Positions 16,614 through 25,882 of a DNA stretch of 56,818 bases are shown here, piece after piece. Made by a program: the position numbers and the translations under genes. Below the pieces are notes generated by a model that saw only the letters and a list, made by a program, of their open reading frames with translations, was not told where the DNA came from and did no database searches. This DNA is from a virus (Duplodnaviria > Caudoviricetes), in the IMG/VR virus record IMGVR_UViG_3300017530_000090, positions 1 through 56,818 of that record. One strand, 5' to 3'. Numbering within the stretch: position 1 is the first letter of the stretch; every line of letters begins with the position of its first letter.

Positions 16614-17498
16614 CTAGTCCTCTGCCTTGGACTCATGACACGTGCACGGACAGCCTTCCTCGCAGTCACGGCCGTCCGTACCATGCGGGCAATCCTTCAG
16701 TGACAAGCGGCCGGGTACGAACGTGTGCTCAGCCGTGCACTGATCGTCGGTATCACCGCCCTTGCCGCCGAAGCACAGGCCACACAGGTCAACGGCGTCC
16801 TCCTCCGGGACGCGGATCGCCCTGCCACAGCATCGACATACCGTGTCGATCACCGCCGGGTTCTCCTCGGCGGGCGTGCCTCCTTCGATCTCCGGCTCAT
16901 ACGGGGTGAGATCAGCGCCACAGTCAGCGCAGCCGACAACTGAACCGTCCGTGTTCGACTCCTTGTTGGGGTGCTCACACACCGCCTGCGTGGTCGTTTC
17001 CTCCAGCGCCTTCTCCAGCACGGGCGTGGCGTCGGGGATCGCCGAATGATCGACCTCGCCCTCCGCCGTCTTAGGAAGCGCTGGTGGCGCGCCGCTTGCG
17101 GCCGTCGCCCGCGTTTCCTCAATCAATTCCTTGCCCCGCTTTAGGCCGTGGGCGAGCGACTGTCCCGTTCGCGCCAACTCCTTCGGACAACAGCCGGGGC
17201 CGCAGACACCGCAGTCGTTGTCGCATGGCTTGTCGGGGTGGTTGCAGCACGGCTCCTTCGGCGGCTCTAGCTCTTCCGGCCGGGGAGTGCAATAGGCGTA
17301 CATGGGCTTGATGCGAGTGTTCAGGAACTTGCCCTTCGACTCGGCCGCCATCATCCGCTTGTACTCCGTCTCAGGGCACATGGGATAATCATAGGCCCGT
17401 CCCCCACGGAAGATGACACGAAGCGTCGACGTTTGCCGATGATAGCCAATGGCCTCGATGTTGGATGACTCCACCGACTCAACTGGAATGTAGGGCAT
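16614..17498 (-). CDS. KTSC-domain protein with Cys-rich extension
   Basis: VESSNIEAIGY...L.V.F..G..Y.Y...AESKGKFLN..IK; AAGGAG RBS. Confidence 0.9.
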   Translation of the reverse strand: MPYIPVESVESSNIEAIGYHRQTSTLRVIFRGGRAYDYPMCPETEYKRMMAAESKGKFLNTRIKPMYAYCTPRPEELEPPKEPCCNHPDKPCDNDCGVCGPGCCPKELARTGQSLAHGLKRGKELIEETRATAASGAPPALPKTAEGEVDHSAIPDATPVLEKALEETTTQAVCEHPNKESNTDGSVVGCADCGADLTPYEPEIEGGTPAEENPAVIDTVCRCCGRAIRVPEEDAVDLCGLCFGGKGGDTDDQCTAEHTFVPGRLSLKDCPHGTDGRDCEEGCPCTCHESKAED

Positions 17499-17542
17499 TG
17501 TTTTCTCCTTTCATTATGGCCGCTTCTATGTTATAATAACAT

Positions 17543-18004
17543 ATGATGAACAAATGCGCAATTCCTGATTGTGATAATCCGGCCCGCGCTCGTGGGTGGT
17601 GCAATACACATTACCAACGTTGGAAGAAGCACGGTGATCCACTAAAGACTTCCCGCCGCAGCCCGCGACGACACCCGCGCCCAAGAGCATGTGGCCCGCG
17701 CAAGCCGTCCGAAATTAAGGAGATGACCGACATCGAGGCGGCCCAGGTCGGTCGGATGATTGATACGGATGGTTGGGTTGCTCTCTGCCGCCCCCGTAGT
17801 TGGGTAATCGGATTCTACGCTTCTACGCTCCCGCGACTGACCTACGATCTCCAAGAGCTTACGGGAGGCGGATCGGTGAGCAATCTGCGAAAAGGAAAAC
17901 AATGGTACGTAAGCCGCTTTTTGTCCGTCGTAGATTTGCTTACCCGAATTGCACCTTGGAGCTACAAGGCCCAGGCAGCGCTCAAGAAGATTCATAGCTC
18001 CTAA
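17543..18004 (+). CDS. degenerate LAGLIDADG-like endonuclease with N-terminal zinc finger, antisense to the operon
   Basis: CAIPDC..ARGWCNTHYQRW..HGDP; AAQVGRMIDTDGWV; own TGTTATAAT 5 nt upstream. Confidence 0.75.
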   Translation: MMNKCAIPDCDNPARARGWCNTHYQRWKKHGDPLKTSRRSPRRHPRPRACGPRKPSEIKEMTDIEAAQVGRMIDTDGWVALCRPRSWVIGFYASTLPRLTYDLQELTGGGSVSNLRKGKQWYVSRFLSVVDLLTRIAPWSYKAQAALKKIHSS

Positions 18005-18071
18005 TCTTCCTCCTCGTCATCCTTATCGTGGCCGAGCAGCAAGAACCAGAGCGTGGCCAGCAACGTCTCCA

Positions 18072-18914
18072 CTATCGTCTTGGCTCCTTCCTATAGATAT
18101 AAAGCGAGAAGTGATCCACAAGAGGTACATAGGCACGGCCCCAACCGAACACCTGGCGGCGAACGTTCAGCGGCCGTTGGATGTAGTGCTGAACGCCCTT
18201 GAGCCGGAGGCCGCTGGTCTCCTCAATGTACGCCTGGGCCTCGGCACCAACCACGCGATACTTGCCGCCTCGATGTCGGTCGCCGAGCCACCAGAGCGCG
18301 TAAGCGCCGGGCTTGAGTAGCTTATCGGCGTAGTGGGCGACCTGGCCGATGTACTGATAGAAGTAGTTCCACTCCTTGAACGTGCCGATGTCCGGCTTAT
18401 CCGTACCGCCGAGGTTGACCATGTTGAACGGCACTGCACCGCCCTTGTCCAGCGTGCGGCCGTGGTTGATTCCCCACGGCGGGTCGGTGAACATCAAGTC
18501 CTGGGTCTCAGCACCGTTGCGTTCTTCGACCAGCCAGCGCAGCCAGTCCACGGCATCGGCCTGCATCATTCCCCACCCATTAGGAGGTGGGAAGCCGTAG
18601 TGCGCGCCGACCTTCGCCGCCGTCTCGCGGTTCTCGGCGTACAGGTCGCAGCCAGCACCCAGACGTTCAGCCATCGCCGCGCCCACCAAGATTCCGCCCT
18701 CACCGGCGAATGGATCGAAGACCTCAGCATGGGGTTTGGTGAAGAAGCGGATAATGTCGGCGGCCAGGGGCGGCGGAGTGAGGACGCCCATCTTCAGGTG
18801 CTTCCGAAGCTCCGACGGCACCTTCCACTCGTACTCTTGCACCGAATGCAAACGCTTCACCCACTCCTGGGTATCTAAGTCGTTTAGAACGTTGTTCTTG
18901 ATCTGCTTCCCCAT
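18072..18914 (-). CDS. DNA (N6-A/N4-C) methyltransferase
   Basis: Motif I VFDPFAGEGG precedes motif IV TDPPW. Confidence 0.88.
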   Translation of the reverse strand: MGKQIKNNVLNDLDTQEWVKRLHSVQEYEWKVPSELRKHLKMGVLTPPPLAADIIRFFTKPHAEVFDPFAGEGGILVGAAMAERLGAGCDLYAENRETAAKVGAHYGFPPPNGWGMMQADAVDWLRWLVEERNGAETQDLMFTDPPWGINHGRTLDKGGAVPFNMVNLGGTDKPDIGTFKEWNYFYQYIGQVAHYADKLLKPGAYALWWLGDRHRGGKYRVVGAEAQAYIEETSGLRLKGVQHYIQRPLNVRRQVFGWGRAYVPLVDHFSLYIYRKEPRR

Positions 18915-18915
18915 A

Positions 18916-19749
18916 CTACCGATCCAGAGCGTCCAGCGTCGTTCGGCGGAGCACGATGTTGAGATCGCCGTAGAGCGCTTCGAACTTCGCAACGTCCTCG
19001 GCCTCAGTGATCCACCGAGCGCCCCAAGGCCCGACCAGATAGATGCGGCTTCGATTCTTATCCCATGCCAAAAATGGCTTCATGTCGCCCTCCTCTTGTT
19101 CCTCTTGCTTGAATGCGTTCCGATGAAAGACGTTACTGTCGACGCTCTCGCCGCAGAAGTCCGGGACGGTGCCGGTCGTCTGCCAGCCCACCAGGTCATC
19201 GATGTCCCAGCCGCCAATGCGAGAGTTGCCGAGCGCGTACTTAGGGAATGCGGCATCGAAGCCGGGATAGTAGAATCCATCCGGCCGCTGGTAGCGCAAT
19301 AGATAGCGGGCCAGCCAGAGCTTGCGGTCGGAGTACCGAGCCGTGTCGCCCATGATTGTGGCCCATGAGCTAGGCGACGCATAGATGCGCGGCTCCCGGC
19401 CTGCCTGTTCGACACCATTCACGATGTCGTCATTCACACCTGCTCCGGCCTCAACATCAAGGTATACGGCCCCGGACATATGCTGCTTGGAGGGTTCGAT
19501 CCAGTCAAGGGCTTCACGCCAGTCGCTCGGCGGCCAGATGTACGGATCGATGTTGAAGATACCAGCTTGACGGAAGGCGTGAACAGCCTGATGGAAGTAT
19601 TCGTTGCGGCGGCCAAGTACATGCCCGCTGCCCCACGCCTGAAGGATCACTCCCTGGACATTGTGGCGTTCGGCCATGCAGCGGGCGTTCTCGACGGGAA
19701 CCGGCCCCGTCCATTCACTTAGATCAACCACTCGAATAGTTCTGCTCAT
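18916..19749 (-). CDS. endolysin, GH25 muramidase-like
   Basis: VDLSEW, YLDVE, IYAS, LWLARY, GWQ, VDSN. Confidence 0.85.
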   Translation of the reverse strand: MSRTIRVVDLSEWTGPVPVENARCMAERHNVQGVILQAWGSGHVLGRRNEYFHQAVHAFRQAGIFNIDPYIWPPSDWREALDWIEPSKQHMSGAVYLDVEAGAGVNDDIVNGVEQAGREPRIYASPSSWATIMGDTARYSDRKLWLARYLLRYQRPDGFYYPGFDAAFPKYALGNSRIGGWDIDDLVGWQTTGTVPDFCGESVDSNVFHRNAFKQEEQEEGDMKPFLAWDKNRSRIYLVGPWGARWITEAEDVAKFEALYGDLNIVLRRTTLDALDR

Positions 19750-19751
19750 AG

Positions 19752-20129
19752 TTAACGGTTCTCTCCCTTGTCCGCTAATCGCTTACGGGTGCGGATGGCG
19801 TGACAATTGGCGCATACCAAATCGCACAGATCGAGTTCCACTACCATACGATTGCGTTTCATACGAGTGATGGTCTGGCCATGCGGAACGTTATTTCTAC
19901 CATTCCGGTGATCAAACTGGGCACACTCCGGGCGTCCCTCGAAATCGAAGCCACAGTCTTTACAGAACGCGCCCTTATAGGCGATGGCCCAGAGCTTTAC
20001 CTCCCGCTGCCACTTTAGCATCTTGCCGTGAAAGTGAGCCGTACAACCCTTACATCGGCCAGTGGGATAGCGGCCAACAATAAGGGTATCATGTCCTCGT
20101 GGACAATAGCGTTTCTTTGGAGGGGCCAT
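19752..20129 (-). CDS. HNH-type endonuclease (CANCH subgroup)
   Basis: YKGAFCKDC...FDH...CDLVCANCH; TGTTACACT 8 nt upstream of ATG. Confidence 0.85.
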   Translation of the reverse strand: MAPPKKRYCPRGHDTLIVGRYPTGRCKGCTAHFHGKMLKWQREVKLWAIAYKGAFCKDCGFDFEGRPECAQFDHRNGRNNVPHGQTITRMKRNRMVVELDLCDLVCANCHAIRTRKRLADKGENR

Positions 20130-20135
20130 ACCGTA

Positions 20136-21314
20136 TTAGTGTAACAGAAATACGACATCGTTGCAAGTTCCCCGAATACAAAAATTACAACTTTGGCAGT
20201 TAGCCTTCCGACCCGTCTCCTCTGGACAAACATAGGCCGGCTGCCCGTCAAATGTCGTGAAGTTCTGTTGGCCTTCACCAAGCCAGAAGTCCAACCCTTG
20301 TTCGGCTCCGGGGCCGCCGCCACTGATGGCGCGCAGATCGTCTTCCAGCCAGGCGCGCCGCCAACCTGGGGGCGGCAACTCGGTCATGCTCTTATCAATC
20401 GACGCGAACAACTGGACGTTAGGCAAGGCCCGCAAGCGCTCCAAACACGCCAGCAATTCTGGAATCCTCCACGAGCGAGAATAAGTGAAGAAGGCCACCT
20501 CCGGGCGGCTCTCGGCCAGCCTAATCCACTCCTCAATATACTCGACCGAGGAGAAGTCGCCGCTGACATGGATGCGGACGATCTTGGCGTTCGGCGGCAG
20601 CGGGTCTTCGTCCCCTGGTAGCCGTTCGCTCCGACTGTTGGCTTCATAGACCCACCAGAGGGCCACGTTCTGGCGAATTCGGAAGGCATAGCAGATTGAC
20701 AAGCAATCGTCAGATGCGGCTGGGCAGGTTCCACCATCCTCATCGGGTAGACCAGGCTTGCGCGAGTAAGCATACACGTCGGGGCCGAGCTTCCGATTGC
20801 CCTTACCCCAGCGAGAGAATGTTACACCGCTCTCGTCCGGTAGATAGACCGTCTCCGCAATCTTCTCAGCCAAGGGCGAATAAGCATCCCCGCCCTCGAT
20901 GCGACGCTTGATGGTCGTCGCCATGAACGGTTCAACATCAACGATGACGCCATGCCGCTCCAACGTGTGGACGGCCTGATGGACTACGCGCGGCATGACG
21001 GCCAGATTCTTAATGGAGTCTCCACCCCGTCCTTTCTCTAAGATATGATGGACAACCTCGCGCTTGGGATCAAAACGCAATCCGAGATAGTCCTCTACGG
21101 CCCGTCGATACGAAACCTGCGTTCGGGCTTCCCGTGGCTCCTTTGGCCCGCCGCGCCGAGATGCGCCAATCCGTTCCTTCGTCGCCTCCGTGAGTGGGTA
21201 GCCAGTTGATCCCTTCGGACGACGGAAGGGACGGCCACCAAACGGCGCAATATCCGGCCGACATTCCTTACACCACGGATGGGCCTTGCCGCAAGACTTT
21301 ACCCTGAAACTCAT
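20136..21314 (-). CDS. GP88-like protein with N-terminal HNH/NUMOD-like fusion
   Basis: GNRKLG, TCPAASDDCLSICYA, RIHVSGDF, YSRSW, CPE..CQSCNFC; N-terminal VVHH...NL....H...H. Confidence 0.85.
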   Translation of the reverse strand: MSFRVKSCGKAHPWCKECRPDIAPFGGRPFRRPKGSTGYPLTEATKERIGASRRGGPKEPREARTQVSYRRAVEDYLGLRFDPKREVVHHILEKGRGGDSIKNLAVMPRVVHQAVHTLERHGVIVDVEPFMATTIKRRIEGGDAYSPLAEKIAETVYLPDESGVTFSRWGKGNRKLGPDVYAYSRKPGLPDEDGGTCPAASDDCLSICYAFRIRQNVALWWVYEANSRSERLPGDEDPLPPNAKIVRIHVSGDFSSVEYIEEWIRLAESRPEVAFFTYSRSWRIPELLACLERLRALPNVQLFASIDKSMTELPPPGWRRAWLEDDLRAISGGGPGAEQGLDFWLGEGQQNFTTFDGQPAYVCPEETGRKANCQSCNFCIRGTCNDVVFLLH

Positions 21315-21316
21315 TC

Positions 21317-21538
21317 CTATTCCGCCTTCGGCGCGAGCGCTTCATTAAGCTCTCGATCACCCCAACCCCCGGCCGCTTCAACCGCCGCCGTCAAGTCCTG
21401 GAACAGTTGCGGGTCGCGCTGGGCAATCAGGTTAGCATAATGCTGAATAGCCACCCGTGCCGCGATGTCCGTGAACGGAAGAAACACGCCTTCCTTAGTG
21501 ACCGTGAGGGTGTGCGACTTCTTCTTGCGTGCTGCCAT
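21317..21538 (-). CDS. hypothetical protein
   Basis: AAAGGG RBS. Confidence 0.7.
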   Translation of the reverse strand: MAARKKKSHTLTVTKEGVFLPFTDIAARVAIQHYANLIAQRDPQLFQDLTAAVEAAGGWGDRELNEALAPKAE

Positions 21539-21540
21539 AA

Positions 21541-21792
21541 TCAACCCTTTCGAACAATCTGCACGATTGCATATGTGACTGCGACGGTAGACACTACGTT
21601 GGCCGCCATCAGCAATTTCAAGTCGGCGAGCAGGCCCACGAGCGTCAGACAGATCACGGCCACGAGTAGTGACACCCACGCTGGAAGGCTGAACCCACGC
21701 AACTCCCTGGCACGGTGCATGGCAATGACCTGTGGGATGTAGAACATGATTAGACCTACCGTAGCCGCCGCGCCCAGAACGTCAACTAGCAC
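21541..21792 (-). CDS. PQ-loop/SemiSWEET-like membrane protein
   Basis: YIPQV....R...GFS, three TM segments, C-terminal AN. Confidence 0.8.
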   Translation of the reverse strand: MLVDVLGAAATVGLIMFYIPQVIAMHRARELRGFSLPAWVSLLVAVICLTLVGLLADLKLLMAANVVSTVAVTYAIVQIVRKG

Positions 21793-22238
21793 GATGGCCG
21801 TCTTCCGAAGCGCTGGATCGCCTTCACAAGCTCGTCTACGGTCTTGCACAAGATCGTTACATGAGCACCGACCATTGCGTTCAGCGGCGCGGCCGAGTCC
21901 CCGTAAGTCCTGATTACATCAGTCCGCAAGCCCACGACCGGCACGTGCCGGTAGCCCAGCCCCACCAAGTACCCAAGCTCGAACGCCGTGCCATCATCCG
22001 TGGGGATCGTGTCCAGCAACACCACGAGGATGTCACAGTCCTTCACCCCCTGCTTGCAGTCCTCCGCGATGATCTTCTGCACCTCGGCCGGATTCTTTCC
22101 TTCCAAGTTCAGCTTCACCACGCTGTCGAAGGGCCAGTTGACCTCAACACCGGCCTCACTTCCCAGCCGGTCTCTAACGTAGCAGCACCATCGCTGTTCT
22201 GCCTCTGAGAACAAGGGGCCAGCCAGATAAACCTTCAT
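21786..22238 (-). CDS. nucleoside 2-deoxyribosyltransferase / nucleotide N-glycosidase family
   Basis: KVYLAGPLFS, D.GTAFELGY, GLRTD, NAMV. Confidence 0.92.
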   Translation of the reverse strand: MKVYLAGPLFSEAEQRWCCYVRDRLGSEAGVEVNWPFDSVVKLNLEGKNPAEVQKIIAEDCKQGVKDCDILVVLLDTIPTDDGTAFELGYLVGLGYRHVPVVGLRTDVIRTYGDSAAPLNAMVGAHVTILCKTVDELVKAIQRFGRRPSC

Positions 22239-22822
22239 CACGGCAGGCCCGTTTCCTTTCGTAGCTCCACGAGCCATGACCACGTGAGCGCGTGCAACTC
22301 GGCACGCACTTGCTGCACCACGTCGGCCATTAGCGTGTTGCCGATCTTCACCTCAGTCTCAGCGAACAGCAGGGCCTCCAGCTTGTCGGCATACTTGACG
22401 ATCTGCTGCTCAAGCGTTCGGTACTCTTGGTGTACCATCTGCCGAACGCAGGCGCGATAGCGTGCCGCCATCGTATCAGGTAGGTCAGAAAAGATCAGAC
22501 TGTCCGCGATCTTGCGCTCCACCTTATGGACAGCGCGGGCCAGATCGGGGAAGTCGCGCTTCGCCGCACCTGACACGTCACCAGACTCGAACTCTGGCGC
22601 GTCGTGGAAATGCGCCATCAGAAGAATCTGAAGCTCATCCGGCTCTTCCAGGCCCAGCTTCTCGAAGATACGGTAGTGTCGCAGCGCGTCCAGGATCACC
22701 AGAGAGTCATGTAGCACGAAATAGTGGTGCTCGGCCAGCGACTCCTGGCGCTGGGTCTGGCGAGCGTGCCAGCGCCCAATGAAGCCAGCACGCCGATCCT
22801 GCAAGAAACTTAGAATGGTCAT
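22238..22822 (-). CDS. HD-domain 5'-deoxynucleotidase (YfbR-like)
   Basis: RW...ESLAEH, HDAPE..SGD, VKYADKLEA. Confidence 0.92.
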   Translation of the reverse strand: MTILSFLQDRRAGFIGRWHARQTQRQESLAEHHYFVLHDSLVILDALRHYRIFEKLGLEEPDELQILLMAHFHDAPEFESGDVSGAAKRDFPDLARAVHKVERKIADSLIFSDLPDTMAARYRACVRQMVHQEYRTLEQQIVKYADKLEALLFAETEVKIGNTLMADVVQQVRAELHALTWSWLVELRKETGLP

Positions 22823-22835
22823 CTAACCCACCTCG

Positions 22836-23276
22836 TCATGCGGCAGTCCTACCACGCCGTTTGAGACGGCGCAATTCATTATAATACCACTCCCGACGAG
22901 CAATTTCGTCCGGCGTCGTTCGGGGCGCACTCCGCGCATTTCCTGTATGACGACGACTATCCCCTTTGTTAGCCAAAAAGTCCAACGCCACGGCAATTTG
23001 CTCAGACTTAACCCGCGTATGAGAATGAATATCCCGAAGGAATGCACCGGCCTTCTGGCTCATGATCTGCCATACCCACATATGGCGACGCTTCTCTTGA
23101 CTCAATGTGCCACCCCAACGTTGCCTAAGTTCCCGAAGCACCGCAGGTTCAGATTGACCAACTTGCACCTTCAAAAGATATGATGGCCCCGAAGGTCTAT
23201 CAGATCGTTTTTGCCGACCCACATAAACACAACCTTCGCCGTCGAAGAAACCGGCAGCATATTCATCACTGATCAT
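22836..23276 (-). CDS. LAGLIDADG homing endonuclease, free-standing
   Basis: YAAGFFDGEGCV; ATGA-coupled to the polymerase stop. Confidence 0.9.
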   Translation of the reverse strand: MISDEYAAGFFDGEGCVYVGRQKRSDRPSGPSYLLKVQVGQSEPAVLRELRQRWGGTLSQEKRRHMWVWQIMSQKAGAFLRDIHSHTRVKSEQIAVALDFLANKGDSRRHTGNARSAPRTTPDEIARREWYYNELRRLKRRGRTAA

Positions 23277-25882
23277 GCGGCGACCTTTTCCTCCCCTTCG
23301 CACACTTGGCACTTATCCGGCGCGCCCTTGTGCACCTGCTCGCTCTGAGTAAGGTGATGGCTCACGTCCTCCCACGCTGGCCCCCACTCTACGTCCACCG
23401 GCACGATCCACGGCCGTCCAACACGGTCAGTCTCCTCGTAGGCTGCGTCCTGCATGACCTTCTGGACGTAACGGGCTACCTCCTCCGCCTGGTCAATGTC
23501 AACTTCCATCATCACGCTGTCGTGAATAGAGGCCACAATCAATACCTTATGGTAACGTAACCACTCATCTTTGTCAAGTCGGATAGTGGCAAGCGAGTGA
23601 ATTTCCGAAGCGCTGGACTGGACAGGATAGTTATAACTTTCACGATAGACGTGCCCCATCTGCCGCTTGTATCCACCGAAATGCTTCATCGTCTCTACGC
23701 CCCAGAACAGGCGGCGACGGTCGAAGATGTTGTAGACCTCGTGCCGGTTGCGGACAGTGCGGCGCTGCTTGGCGAAGTAATCGGGCAGTTTCTCGACAAT
23801 GCCAAAGTACATATCCAGAAGCTCGGCGGCCCGTTCCTTCGAGCAGCCCAACCGCTTCGAGATCGTTTCTTCGGTCATCCCGTAACCGAGGCCGAAGTTG
23901 AAGGTCTTCGCCTGACGACGCTGCTCTTTGGTCACGGGCGTGCCTTCCGGCACATTGAACAGCCGCCGGGCCACGAAGTCGTGCACGTCCGCCCCTGGCG
24001 TCTCCAGCACGCCGATCAGTCGCTCATCCTCCGCGATGTACGCCAGCCCTCGCAACTCGATCTGTGAATAGTCAGCGGACAGCAATACGCGGCCGGGCGG
24101 CGCGATGAAGATTTCGCGGATCGGTGCACCCTCCTCGGACTTGCCCTCGCCGACGACGTTGGCGATGTTCGGACTGTGCGACAACCGGCCCGTCTCGGTG
24201 CCGTCCACGCGGTAGTTGGTGTGCAGCCGGTTATCGACCTTCGAAATCTTGTTCAGCAGCCCCTTCTTGGACTTCTCGCGGGTCTCTGGCTTCGCGCCCT
24301 TGAGGAAGGTCTTCATGATCTGCTCCAGCCCCGCCAGCCGGATCAGGATGGGGATGATCGGGTGTGCGTCTACGCCGACCTCCTCTAGCGCTTCCCTCTT
24401 TACGCTGGGCAGCTTGGCCTTGTCCGTAACGATCCCCGACGGCTCCAGGCCCAGCCCGCCTTCGGAGCGCTCGCCAAACAGGAGTTTGCGCTTCTGCTGG
24501 TCGCTGCGATGATTGAACTTCTCCGGCACCTCCGGGATGGCGTCCAGCAGGGCACGCTGCTCCACTACCAGTGCGTCGTAGGTCTCGACCAGTTTCTCGG
24601 CCTTCTCCCCATCGACCAGGACGCCGTTCTCCTCCATGTGCATAGCCGCCTCGGAGAGCGGCATGGTGACGTGTTCAAACAGCCACCGACGCTTCGGCTC
24701 GGCGTCAAACTGCTTGTCAATTTCAATCGCCACCCGCAGCGTGCAGTCAGCGTCCGCGCCCTGGTACTTCCAGAGGATGTCTAGCGGGCAATCCGCCATG
24801 TGCGTCTTGTACTCGGCGGCTTCGCGGCCGTAGTCACCCATATTTGTGTAGAGGTTGCACAGCGTTTCCAGGGCGTGGCCCGCCTCCTCGTTGAACAGGT
24901 GGTAGCCAAGCATCGTGTCGAACGTGACGTTCTTGAGGTAAATTTCGAGATCGTGTGCGAGGAATAGCTCGTCGAATCGGATGTTCTGTCCGATCTTCGG
25001 CACGTCACTCTGGAAGATGCGGCGGAGGGCGCGGATGATGCGCTTCTTATCGGCGGGCGACCACATCTCCTCGGCCCCCAATCCAAGCACCGGCACAATA
25101 TATGCGGTGCCGGGTTGCCAGGAGACGCCGACGCACAAGACGTTGCCGGTCTGCCAGTCCAGTGAAGTCGTCTCGGTGTCGAGGGAGAGCACACCCGCCT
25201 CGGCCTCAACGAGATCAGCCAGGTGCTCGACGCTCTCTACATCAAGACAGACCGTATACTTGCCGATGCCGTCGTCGAAGACGTCGGGCTGTCTGCTCTC
25301 TTTCAGGGCCTTCGTGAGATCGGCGATGCCGTACTTTTCATTGCTCCACACGTGGAAGGCGGCCGCTGGATGGATGGAGGATACCATCTTCTTGCCTAAC
25401 TCCTCCTGCCACAATACCGCGCCGCGCATCCGCGTGATCGGCAGCGGCTGGCCGCCAGCAAACTTCGCCTCGTTGTACAAGTTCTCTAAAGCGACTCCGC
25501 CCACCGGAACAATTAGATCGGGGTCGGCCCATTCTAACTCATCGAGTAAGAAGCTGCGGCAGTTGCGCACCTCGTCCGCCGTCGGCGCGCGCTCTTTACC
25601 ATCGGCATTTTTCGGGCCGACGCAACGAGTGCTGTTCGTATAATACACATCCTTCTTCGGATCAAATCCCGCTGCAATCAACCAATTGCGAAGCGTCTGC
25701 CCAGCGGGGCCAACAAACGGCTCACCACAATTATCCTCCTCGCGGCCTGGGGCTTGCCCAACAACCGCAATCTTGGCGTGACGAGGCCCGCGCCCCCCGA
25801 CAATACAATTCCGACTCTGAACCAATTCCGGGCATCGATTACATTCGATCACCCGAATACCGTCCCGGACTACACCGCCCAC
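23273..25882 (-). CDS. polA: DNA polymerase family A with N-terminal uracil-DNA glycosylase (family 4-like) and 3'-5' exonuclease domains
   Basis: CNRC..GQAPG..PFVG..RC..HPA; DTET, NIRFD, YQGAD; ADYSQIELR, AKTFNFGLGYG, IHDS. Confidence 0.96.
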   Translation of the reverse strand: MGGVVRDGIRVIECNRCPELVQSRNCIVGGRGPRHAKIAVVGQAPGREEDNCGEPFVGPAGQTLRNWLIAAGFDPKKDVYYTNSTRCVGPKNADGKERAPTADEVRNCRSFLLDELEWADPDLIVPVGGVALENLYNEAKFAGGQPLPITRMRGAVLWQEELGKKMVSSIHPAAAFHVWSNEKYGIADLTKALKESRQPDVFDDGIGKYTVCLDVESVEHLADLVEAEAGVLSLDTETTSLDWQTGNVLCVGVSWQPGTAYIVPVLGLGAEEMWSPADKKRIIRALRRIFQSDVPKIGQNIRFDELFLAHDLEIYLKNVTFDTMLGYHLFNEEAGHALETLCNLYTNMGDYGREAAEYKTHMADCPLDILWKYQGADADCTLRVAIEIDKQFDAEPKRRWLFEHVTMPLSEAAMHMEENGVLVDGEKAEKLVETYDALVVEQRALLDAIPEVPEKFNHRSDQQKRKLLFGERSEGGLGLEPSGIVTDKAKLPSVKREALEEVGVDAHPIIPILIRLAGLEQIMKTFLKGAKPETREKSKKGLLNKISKVDNRLHTNYRVDGTETGRLSHSPNIANVVGEGKSEEGAPIREIFIAPPGRVLLSADYSQIELRGLAYIAEDERLIGVLETPGADVHDFVARRLFNVPEGTPVTKEQRRQAKTFNFGLGYGMTEETISKRLGCSKERAAELLDMYFGIVEKLPDYFAKQRRTVRNRHEVYNIFDRRRLFWGVETMKHFGGYKRQMGHVYRESYNYPVQSSASEIHSLATIRLDKDEWLRYHKVLIVASIHDSVMMEVDIDQAEEVARYVQKVMQDAAYEETDRVGRPWIVPVDVEWGPAWEDVSHHLTQSEQVHKGAPDKCQVCEGEEKVAA

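Noticed and set aside
22836-23276. Group I intron around the LAGLIDADG genes (also 28874-29230, 17543-18004)
   Set aside because: The flanking genes are complete and there is no non-coding room for a ribozyme core
22238-25882. 2-aminoadenine (Z) genome system
   Set aside because: An HD hydrolase and PolA are present, but no PurZ is in the window and the HD protein looks YfbR-like; cannot be supported
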